This document shows positions 1 to 8,105 of a DNA stretch of 34,489 nucleotides, piece by piece. Each line of letters begins with the position of its first letter. The first letter of the stretch is position 1. Where the stretch lies: contig JBHIEG010000022.1 in the NCBI GenBank assembly GCA_046760505.1, forward strand, positions 1 through 34,489. The letters run 5' to 3'. Source of the DNA: Candidatus Hydrothermarchaeota archaeon (GTDB lineage Archaea > CAYFZR01). The position numbers were made by a program, and so were the translations under genes. Below the pieces are notes generated by a model. It had not been told where the DNA came from. It worked only from the letters and a program-made list of their open reading frames with translations, and searched no databases.

Positions 1-2
1 CC

Positions 3-1568
3 GCTTTAGCCATAATATTTAGCATATCCGGATTTACTCTTTTTAAATGGAAATTTCCCACTTTTGTAGATATTTATTATCATCTAAGCGTGATGCGCGG
101 CTTTGATATGGCAAATGGTATAGTACTTCATGATTTCTGGGAATTCGCTCCGGTAGGAAGACCACACCTATATCCTCCCCTAATTCACATAATAATGCTC
201 TTTCTCTACAGATTGGGCTTGGATGTCTTGACAATCGGTAAAATCATGAGTTTTTCTATGTTTCCTTTATCTTTGATAACTGTATGGTTTTTTATGCGAG
301 AGATTTTTGATACAAAGAGTGCATTCTACAGTGTTTTATTGCTATCCATCCCTTTTCAATGGTTTTGGAGTCAAACAACGACAAATGCGATTGCATTTGT
401 TTTAATACTAACTCCTTTGATATTCTATTTCATCGAAAAGGAGAAAAAGATCGCAAGCATTGTTTTGATGGTTTTTTCCCTCTATTCTCATTTAAGCATG
501 CCGCATATTATTACCATAGCACTGTTGATTTATGGATTTCATAGAAAAGAGAAGAGAAATATGATTCTTACTGTATTGGGTGTTTCATATCTGCTTTATC
601 TTCCCTGGGGATTACATATTCTTAAAAATTTGGATGTAATAAACCCGGGTGTAGGATCTCTTTTTTACGTTGAATTTCACATAATTTTATTACTGCTTGC
701 TCTTTTTGGAATTTACATTTGCTACAAAAACAAGGGAGAATACTACCTTTTATCGTCTCTTTTTTTCGCGATGCTCCTAATACTTTTGAGATATCCATTC
801 AGATTTTGTTTTCATGTGATTTTGCCCATGTCCATGCTTGGCGGTATTTCTATTGCAATGGTGCATGATAGAATAAGTGAAAATAGAATAATGAAAAAGA
901 TTGATGCAAGATATCTTGAAATTCTTCTCATGATATTCATCATATTTGCATTAAACCTCGGGAATTTTACACTATATACAACAGTGTTTGAAAACAAGTT
1001 AGAATTTACAGTAGAAGACACGACCATTTTTAAGGTAATGGATTATAGACCAAATGAAAAAATGGTGATTGGCTGGTTTATGAAGTATTTTGGAGAGATT
1101 ACCGATAAAGACGTTTTTAAACTAATAGAAATTGTAAGAGCCAATACTGAAGAGAATGATATAATATTCACTAATGAAGGAACATATGGTTGTTTTATAA
1201 CATCTTTTACCGGAAGAAGACAAACAGGAGCAATGTTCCGCGAATTTTTGCCAAAAGAGCAATTAGATTACTCATTCATAGATCTTGTTGTGCTACACAG
1301 GATAGGAGAAGAAGACTTTAAAAGAATATACGAAAAACTTGAACCAGGAAAGAGACCGCCTTCATTGATTTTTTTAGATAGAATAGATGATATAAAGGTA
1401 TATGGGGTAAAAAAAGAAGTCAAAAAGAGAAATTTTATGGCTCCTTCACCCGTAATATCTATCAACGCTGCCATGTTCTTATTTCTTCTAGGTATTTTGT
1501 TGATTTTTTTAGATGTCACGTCTCTCTCATCAAAATTATTATTAAAATGGGGATTGAAGACTAACTAA
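3..1568 (+). CDS. GT-C-fold (AglB/STT3-like) multi-pass membrane glycosyltransferase, 5'-truncated by the window edge
   Basis: The frame is open from position 3 (ALAIIFSISGFTLFKWKFPTFVDIYYHLSVMRG), so the track start at 90 is too late. It has DxYYH then APVGRPHLYPP, many TM segments and a soluble C-terminal domain starting NDIIFTNEGTYG. Confidence 0.65.
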   Translation, partial: ALAIIFSISGFTLFKWKFPTFVDIYYHLSVMRGFDMANGIVLHDFWEFAPVGRPHLYPPLIHIIMLFLYRLGLDVLTIGKIMSFSMFPLSLITVWFFMREIFDTKSAFYSVLLLSIPFQWFWSQTTTNAIAFVLILTPLIFYFIEKEKKIASIVLMVFSLYSHLSMPHIITIALLIYGFHRKEKRNMILTVLGVSYLLYLPWGLHILKNLDVINPGVGSLFYVEFHIILLLLALFGIYICYKNKGEYYLLSSLFFAMLLILLRYPFRFCFHVILPMSMLGGISIAMVHDRISENRIMKKIDARYLEILLMIFIIFALNLGNFTLYTTVFENKLEFTVEDTTIFKVMDYRPNEKMVIGWFMKYFGEITDKDVFKLIEIVRANTEENDIIFTNEGTYGCFITSFTGRRQTGAMFREFLPKEQLDYSFIDLVVLHRIGEEDFKRIYEKLEPGKRPPSLIFLDRIDDIKVYGVKKEVKKRNFMAPSPVISINAAMFLFLLGILLIFLDVTSLSSKLLLKWGLKTN

Positions 1569-1578
1569 GATTTAGGGT

Positions 1579-2943
1579 GTGAACATGAACATGGAAAAAG
1601 TGCAAACAGAGTTTTCAATTAAAAAGTTAATTGTCATATTTTTTTTAATTTTCACCATATTTACAAAAACTTACCCTAATTCATGGAACGATGCCTCAAG
1701 AATGAACACAATAGAATCATTGGTTGAGAGAGGAACCTTTATAATTGACAATTCGACATTTTTCAATATCGGTGCAGATAAAGTATTCATAAATGGACAT
1801 TTTTACTCAGATAAGCCTCCTGTACTTTCTTTTCTGGCATCTGGACTATATCTAATTTTGCATAAGTTTTTTAACTTATCATTCAATAGTAGTGATAGAA
1901 ATTCCCTTCCCTACTACTTATTAACTCTTTTTATATGCGGACTTAGTTCAGTTTTATTATCATTCTTTTTTTATAAGTCATTGAGTCTATTAGGTGTAGA
2001 AGAAAGATTAAAATATATATTGGTTGGAAGTTTGATCTTCGGCACGTTAGTATTTCCTTATACAACGGTATTTAACAATCATATAGTAGCTGCTTGTCTA
2101 CTTTTTATCAGCTTTTACTTATTGTTGAAAACTAAATTCTGTCAAAATGGATTTAAGGGGGAAATTTTTCTTACTAGTTTCCTTACAAGTTTAGCAGCCA
2201 CCATAGATATACCATCAGGGGGGATTTTTTTCATATCATTTCTATTTTATATCTTGGCTGATAACAAGTTAAGAAAACATGCATACATCTACCTTTCAGG
2301 TGCACTTATTCCTCTTTCACTCCACGCACTTTTAAACATTCAAATAACAGGAGATCTAAAACCAGCTTATCTACATCCCGAATATTTCAAATGGGAAGGC
2401 TCACCATGGCTAGAAGAAGAGTTTAAAGGTGTTATATCAGGAATTAAATTTAATCACGACCTACTATTTATTCTAAAGTATTCTTTTCACTGTCTGTTCG
2501 GATATAGGGGATTATTTTCATATAGCCCCATACTGCTCTTTTCTCTACCAATGTTTTTTAGAGCGATTAAAAATAATACTCAAAACTTAAGAAAAGAGAT
2601 ACTTATGATATTTCTCAGTTGTTTTCTTATCGTGTCTTTTTACGTTACCTTTTCTACAACCTACGGAGGTATGTGTTATGGAATGAGATTTTTCATACCC
2701 TTTACGCCACTAATTTTCTTTATTTCAGCTATTTATATCTGTGAGAGTTCTTCAGAACGACTATTAAAAATGTTTTATGTCTTTTTATCGATTTCACTTA
2801 TCATATCCCTCATAGGTGTTTATAATCCTTGGTCGGGCGGGGATTTTCCATTGTTGACAAATTTATCTCGAATTCTAAGGGTAAATAGGGAATTCATTCC
2901 GATTTTAAAGTATATTTTTGATTATATTAGAGATATTGTATAA
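1579..2943 (+). CDS. Multi-pass membrane protein, probable GT-C (ArnT/PMT-like) glycosyltransferase
   Basis: N-terminal TM, then external loop WNDASR...HFYSDKPP (DKPP is typical of ArnT-like GT-C), roughly 11-12 TM segments, late YGMRFFIP motif. Start could be ATG 1585 or 1591. Confidence 0.55.
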   Translation: MNMNMEKVQTEFSIKKLIVIFFLIFTIFTKTYPNSWNDASRMNTIESLVERGTFIIDNSTFFNIGADKVFINGHFYSDKPPVLSFLASGLYLILHKFFNLSFNSSDRNSLPYYLLTLFICGLSSVLLSFFFYKSLSLLGVEERLKYILVGSLIFGTLVFPYTTVFNNHIVAACLLFISFYLLLKTKFCQNGFKGEIFLTSFLTSLAATIDIPSGGIFFISFLFYILADNKLRKHAYIYLSGALIPLSLHALLNIQITGDLKPAYLHPEYFKWEGSPWLEEEFKGVISGIKFNHDLLFILKYSFHCLFGYRGLFSYSPILLFSLPMFFRAIKNNTQNLRKEILMIFLSCFLIVSFYVTFSTTYGGMCYGMRFFIPFTPLIFFISAIYICESSSERLLKMFYVFLSISLIISLIGVYNPWSGGDFPLLTNLSRILRVNREFIPILKYIFDYIRDIV

Positions 2944-2954
2944 ACAGGTATTAC

Positions 2955-2970
2955 GGAAATCTTTAAATTT
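2955..2970 (+). promoter_or_regulatory. Putative BRE/TATA box for a leaderless transcript starting at ATG 2992
   Basis: GGAAAT-C-TTTAAAT with the box at 2962-2968, about 25 nt upstream of an ATG that has no SD. Downstream genes overlap or abut through 10327. Confidence 0.5.
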
Positions 2971-2991
2971 AAGTACTCTAATTTCTGCTAC

Positions 2992-3642
2992 ATGAACGCC
3001 AAAAATATAGCCATAATATTGCTTTTCGTTTTTTTAGTGGGCGCAGCTTATTTCATGCTCACTTCTGAAGAAGAAATATACAACGTAGAATTACTAATAA
3101 CGCCCTACCAGGAGCATTCGGAATTGCCCCCTAATTTAGGGAATATAAGGAATATAACTCAGATAGACGGGACTTTTTACTTGGATTTCAGGACTAAAAA
3201 TCCTAATTTCTATGATTTGCTCAAGAATATAGGATATATCAAAATCGCTTACGTATCTAGCCAAGGAGATCCTACCAAGAACATCAGAGATACGGTCAAA
3301 AACGCCAAAGAAGTTTACATCCTTTATGAAAGGTCTCAGGATGATTATGCTTACCAAAGAGTTGTCCAATCTGTAATCGAAACATCTCACGCAGTAGGAT
3401 TCGTCCATAAAGAAGATGTGGTTACAGCCAAGGAATACGGTTTGCTCTACAAGACTTTGTATCTATTGCATTACATAGGAAGGGAAGAGAAGCCAGTCAT
3501 TTTAATTAAAGATCCTAAAAAAACAGATAAAAATGTTATTGTTGTAAAAAAAGGAAGATCAATCGAAATAAATGCCAAAAATCCTGACGATTTATTTGAA
3601 GTTACGATGAATTTGAAACAAGTAATCGTCTCGGTGGTATGA
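2992..3642 (+). CDS. Membrane-anchored or secreted hypothetical protein
   Basis: 216 aa, basic N-terminus plus hydrophobic segment (MNAKNIAIILLFVFLVGAAYF), rest soluble. ATGA overlap with the GT4 gene. Confidence 0.7.
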   Translation: MNAKNIAIILLFVFLVGAAYFMLTSEEEIYNVELLITPYQEHSELPPNLGNIRNITQIDGTFYLDFRTKNPNFYDLLKNIGYIKIAYVSSQGDPTKNIRDTVKNAKEVYILYERSQDDYAYQRVVQSVIETSHAVGFVHKEDVVTAKEYGLLYKTLYLLHYIGREEKPVILIKDPKKTDKNVIVVKKGRSIEINAKNPDDLFEVTMNLKQVIVSVV

Positions 3643-4691
3643 TGAGGATATGCATGGTTGGTATGTTTCCTCCGCAGATAGGAGGAATATCAACTTATAA
3701 CTTTAATTTAACTAAAGAATTGAGAAGAAAAGGTCATCACGTAGAGATAATCTCGTACGAAAAAAACGATGAATTCATCACTCACAAGGCTTATCACATA
3801 AAAATACCGATTCTTAGAGGAATTACATTTTTCATCTCTGCACTAATTACTTTCTTAATTCTGAATAGGAAGAATAGATTTGATGTTATTCATGGACATT
3901 ATTTACTGCCAGCAGGATTGGTGGCGGTAGTTTCCAAAAAAATAGCAGGAACGAAGGCAGTAGTCATGACTTATGGTTCAGATATTCTTGTTTTGGGTAA
4001 AAAATGGTATTTAAGACCTATCTTAGCATGGATAATGAAATCTAGCGATTTAACAATTGTTTTAAGCAGAAAACTTAAAGAAGAAGCAATAAAGATGGGT
4101 ATAGAAGATTCAAAGATAAGATTGGCTCCTATAGCCATTGATGAAGAGTTATTTAATCCAAACATAGAGTCGAACATAAAGAAAGAATTTGGAATAAAAG
4201 GAGATGTGATACTCTTCGTTGGAGCCTTGGTTAAGCAAAAAGGTCTTGAATATCTCATCGAAGCATGCAATATTCTAAGAGAAAATCTTGAATTTACATT
4301 GATTGTGGTAGGAGATGGTCCATTAAGAAAAGAACTGGAGAAAAGATCTGAAGGACTAAACATCATATTTACTGGCTTCAGAAAAGACGTAAATAGGTTT
4401 ATGAAGGATGCCGATATTCTGGTGTTACCGTCAATCTCAGAGGGTCTTGGTTTCGTTGTTTTAGAGTCTATGGCAGTTGGAACCCCTGTTTTAGCAACTA
4501 AAGTAGGTGGGATACCAGAACTTATTGAGAACGGAAAAAATGGCGTGCTTGTAGAGCCTGGAGACCCTGTTGCTCTGGCAGATGGGATAAAAAAGTTACT
4601 CAAGGAAAAAGAATTTCGCGAAAAAATCATAAAGAGTGGTTTTTCAAAAATAAGAAGAGAAGATGTCTCTGCCATATATGGAGGTATCTGA
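3639..4691 (+). CDS. GT4 family (GT-B) glycosyltransferase
   Basis: FPPQIGG, DVIHGH, LFVGALVKQKG, VVGDGP, LPSISEGLGFVVLESMAVGTP (EX7E), GGIPE. Confidence 0.95.
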   Translation: MMRICMVGMFPPQIGGISTYNFNLTKELRRKGHHVEIISYEKNDEFITHKAYHIKIPILRGITFFISALITFLILNRKNRFDVIHGHYLLPAGLVAVVSKKIAGTKAVVMTYGSDILVLGKKWYLRPILAWIMKSSDLTIVLSRKLKEEAIKMGIEDSKIRLAPIAIDEELFNPNIESNIKKEFGIKGDVILFVGALVKQKGLEYLIEACNILRENLEFTLIVVGDGPLRKELEKRSEGLNIIFTGFRKDVNRFMKDADILVLPSISEGLGFVVLESMAVGTPVLATKVGGIPELIENGKNGVLVEPGDPVALADGIKKLLKEKEFREKIIKSGFSKIRREDVSAIYGGI

Positions 4692-6086
4692 CTGAAGAGA
4701 AATTTGATATTGCTGATGCTATTCGTGGGCATAATTCGAGTTATACCTAATATGAACGGCATCGCTGGACTAGATACCTATTTACATCTCACAATATGTG
4801 ATCTTGTATACAAGGGATTACTTATTCAGAGAGATCTTCTTAGCATCTTTGGATTAAGGGCATATGGTTATCCAACGGGATTTCATTCTCTTTTATCTTC
4901 CCTCTCTTATCTTTCCAATACACATCTAAATACGTTATTTATAATAATTCCATCTGTGCTCTCTTCTATTATAGCGGCTACATTTTTTTTATTTTCTAAG
5001 TCCTTTAATCTAACGGATAAAGAGGCTTTTCTTTCTACACTTCTTTTTACTACTGCTCCATCGTTTGTTCAGAGGAGTTCATACTCTATACCGGAAATAG
5101 TCGGTATACTGTTCTTTTTACTCTCACTATCTTTCCTCTTAAGATGGAATGAAAAAAAAGATAGAAAAATGATTTTTTTATTCCTTTTGGTCTTTTTCGC
5201 ATATGCTTTAACCCACAGAGGAATATTTTTTCTCTTAATTGTTATGTTCATATTCTTTCTAGTTTATTTCAGGGAGGAGGTAAAGAGATATTCCATTCTT
5301 ATTTTTTTTGCAATATTAATACTCATTTTAAGCGGCATAGGTATAGATTTGGTCCAAAGAATCCCATGGGAACCGGTTACCGCTAAGGGTTTTATTTTAT
5401 CATTAGGTCCTATCCTATTTTTCCTCGGTATTATAGGTATTTTTAATGCATTCGAAAGAAGAGAAAAAAGGGATATATTTCTTTTATCGTGGATAGTCGC
5501 ATTTGGATTGATAGGAACGATGAGTTTTAGATTCAGGGACCCCTATCTTGCTATACCTTTCTCTTTGATTATTAATCCGGTAAGAAAAGACTATCTAAGG
5601 ATACTGATACCCATAGTAATAATCGTTGGGGCAATACAATCCTTTTATGTTATAGAAAATGGCTTATACCGATTAGATAAACCAACAAAATACAGTCTAT
5701 CGTTTTTGCAAGAGAACAGCGATCAGAACTCCGTTGTATTGACATGGAGGATAGAAGGATACTGGATAAATGGGCTGGCAAAAAGGAGAGATATAATAAT
5801 ATGGAATAAATTTTATCAGGGTTTTTTTAATAAACCACCGTCTTATAAAGAATCTCTGGAAAAATATAAAGATGTTGAGGAGATATTTAGAACAATTAAC
5901 TCTAGCAGATCATTTGAACTCATGGAGAAGTACAATGTCTCATACATATATTTTTCTAGGGATATGCTTAACATGGATACCTTGGAATATGGTTTGATAG
6001 AATATATAGATAAAAATGAAAGGTTTTCTCAAATATACGCGAATCCTATGGCTAGAGTTTATAAGGTGGATTTGAATGAGGCCTGA
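4692..6086 (+). CDS. GT-C-fold (AglB/STT3-like) membrane glycosyltransferase
   Basis: GLDTYLH, YGYPTGFH, PEIVG, many TMs, C-terminal NSVVLTWRIEGYWI and KYNVSYIY as in STT3 soluble domains. Start is either CTG 4692 (GGAGGT at 4680-4685) or TTG 4704. Confidence 0.65.
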   Translation: MKRNLILLMLFVGIIRVIPNMNGIAGLDTYLHLTICDLVYKGLLIQRDLLSIFGLRAYGYPTGFHSLLSSLSYLSNTHLNTLFIIIPSVLSSIIAATFFLFSKSFNLTDKEAFLSTLLFTTAPSFVQRSSYSIPEIVGILFFLLSLSFLLRWNEKKDRKMIFLFLLVFFAYALTHRGIFFLLIVMFIFFLVYFREEVKRYSILIFFAILILILSGIGIDLVQRIPWEPVTAKGFILSLGPILFFLGIIGIFNAFERREKRDIFLLSWIVAFGLIGTMSFRFRDPYLAIPFSLIINPVRKDYLRILIPIVIIVGAIQSFYVIENGLYRLDKPTKYSLSFLQENSDQNSVVLTWRIEGYWINGLAKRRDIIIWNKFYQGFFNKPPSYKESLEKYKDVEEIFRTINSSRSFELMEKYNVSYIYFSRDMLNMDTLEYGLIEYIDKNERFSQIYANPMARVYKVDLNEA

Positions 6087-7233
6087 AATTATATTTTTTA
6101 CGGTTCAAACTCTCTATTTTTTGGGTGCATTTATCGGTTTTTTGAATCCGAAGACTAGATACTTACTCGAAATAGGTTTTGAAGGCTTTCCTTATAAAGC
6201 CATTATTTTCCTGCTCTTAGGTGCAATATTCTTTTGTATTGGATCTCTTCTCGCGGATAAGAAAGGAACGATTCATGAATGGAAAAAATCAATCAAAGTT
6301 TTATTTTTATTGTTCTTATTTTTGATTTCTTTATCACTTATTAAGTTTGTATTGAAATTTACCATGCTACAGTCTTTTGGATTGGCTTTGATTACAGTAA
6401 TTTCTGTTTTTTCCTTCCTAGAAATTCTGCCAAGATATCCCTATGAGACATGCCTTTCATATTCTATAACAGGTATAGGTTTTCTACTTTTGAATTTCTT
6501 TTACATAGGAGGAATTCCTTTTTTTAACCCGCTTCTGAAAGGATATACTCAAAATTTAATATGGGGTATTGGTTTCATCTTTAGTTTACTTGGGAGCATA
6601 TTCTGTTTGAAACTTTGGAAGAACAAATCACAAATGATTTTGAGTTACTTTTTAAGCGTTATAGTAATTATTTTATTGGCATTATCAGCATACAGATCAC
6701 AGTTCCTAGTATTTGTATTTGCGATTTTTTTTGTATTCGATAGGAAGCCCTATCTTAAATTATTATTTTTGACGTTGTTCTCGCTGGCTGTTTTCTTATC
6801 ACTTACCAAGTTGACGAGTGATCTGGATTTATCTATGGTGGAGATATTGTTCTACAGACTAGGTTTTTCACTGAGTGTTTTGGAGAATATCATAGATCTA
6901 GGGATATTTGGTGTAACGCATGGAAAACTCTGGTTTTTGAAAGAGCCAAGGGTCCTTTTGGGAGAGATGGCACTCGGGTATAGTCATAATACCACCGCCA
7001 CAATACTAGGCACTCTTTGGTTGGACGGCGGTCTGATAGAATCTATTTTGTTTATGACAGCAATTGGCTTCCTTTGTAGAATGCTCTATGAACTTAGAGA
7101 AAGTGATTTACTCTCTCCTTTGTATGCGATTTCAATCTCGCAGGTTCTTGTATGGATTGAGATAGGGCCTGATCTCTACTCATTAATTCCGATAATTCTC
7201 TCTGCTCTCTCGATTAAGTGGTGGAAGAAATGA
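6076..7233 (+). CDS. Putative oligosaccharide repeat-unit polymerase (Wzy-like, archaeal DUF70/O_anti_polymase type)
   Basis: Highly hydrophobic 385 aa with GGIP, LSAYRS and TTATILGTLWLDGG motifs as recalled for this family; lies between GT genes. Confidence 0.65.
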   Translation: MRPEIIFFTVQTLYFLGAFIGFLNPKTRYLLEIGFEGFPYKAIIFLLLGAIFFCIGSLLADKKGTIHEWKKSIKVLFLLFLFLISLSLIKFVLKFTMLQSFGLALITVISVFSFLEILPRYPYETCLSYSITGIGFLLLNFFYIGGIPFFNPLLKGYTQNLIWGIGFIFSLLGSIFCLKLWKNKSQMILSYFLSVIVIILLALSAYRSQFLVFVFAIFFVFDRKPYLKLLFLTLFSLAVFLSLTKLTSDLDLSMVEILFYRLGFSLSVLENIIDLGIFGVTHGKLWFLKEPRVLLGEMALGYSHNTTATILGTLWLDGGLIESILFMTAIGFLCRMLYELRESDLLSPLYAISISQVLVWIEIGPDLYSLIPIILSALSIKWWKK

Positions 7234-8105
7234 TAAATCCCGTCATATCTTTTCTGGTCACGATTCTCCTAACTCCACTGTGGATAAAATATGCGAAGAG
7301 AGCAGGAATAATAGGAACAGACCTGCATAAAGAGGAAAAAAAAGAAGTAGCGGAGATGGGTGGAATACCTATTTTAGCAGGTCTTTTTTCTGGTGTTTTT
7401 CTAAGTTTTGATTACGAATTGCTCCCAATCGCCCTCTACCTAATTTCAGTATCATTTCTCGGGATCACAGACGATCTCCTGAAATTTGACAAGGTAGAAA
7501 AAATCATTTTACCAGGCATACCAGCGCTAATTTTGGGTTTCAAAAATCCTCTTCTGATGCCTTATTTGTTTATAACATCTTCAGTAGTTTTAAACTGGAC
7601 AAATATGCTTGCGGGTTTGAACGGTCTTGAATCAGGACTTGGAATTTTACTGCTGGCATCTTTCTCCATAATATCTTTTCTTACTAAAAATACTGGCGCA
7701 TTCCTTTTATCCTCTTGCATGATGGCCTCTCTCCTTGCATTTTTATACTACAACAGGTATCCAAGCAGGATATTCCCGGGCGACTGTGGAACCATGCTTA
7801 TAGGGGCGGTTTTCTTTTCTGTAGTTTATTTGACAAAAGTTGTAATTCCGGCTTTCATAGTACTCATTCCCTATTTGATGGATTCTGCTCTAAAGTTCCT
7901 CTCAGCAGGCATAATGAGAAGGGAGGAGAAAAAGCCAACTAAAATAAAGGATGGTTTGTTATATTCAGCGGGAGATTACAATTCCCTCATAAGGGTAATC
8001 ATAAGTATAAGACCGATGAGTGAGAAGAAGGTGGTATATTGTATATGGATGATTCAAACAGTCTTTTCTCTTTTAGGAATTCTATCCTTCTTATTGTTAT
8101 ATTAA
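7230..8105 (+). CDS. UDP-GlcNAc:dolichyl-phosphate GlcNAc-1-phosphotransferase (AglH/Alg7-like, MraY/GPT superfamily)
   Basis: GTDLHK...VAEMGG, GITDD, NMLAGLNGLE, YNRYPSRIFPGDCG. ATG 7230 overlaps the upstream TGA (ATGA). Confidence 0.88.
   Translation: MINPVISFLVTILLTPLWIKYAKRAGIIGTDLHKEEKKEVAEMGGIPILAGLFSGVFLSFDYELLPIALYLISVSFLGITDDLLKFDKVEKIILPGIPALILGFKNPLLMPYLFITSSVVLNWTNMLAGLNGLESGLGILLLASFSIISFLTKNTGAFLLSSCMMASLLAFLYYNRYPSRIFPGDCGTMLIGAVFFSVVYLTKVVIPAFIVLIPYLMDSALKFLSAGIMRREEKKPTKIKDGLLYSAGDYNSLIRVIISIRPMSEKKVVYCIWMIQTVFSLLGILSFLLLY

Noticed and set aside
3971-4762. 263-aa minus-strand ORF
   Set aside because: Antisense shadow of the GT4 gene; Ser/Phe/Pro-rich with no motif. The same applies to the other short ORFs nested antisense to rfcL-region genes, thrS, the permease, metE and smc.
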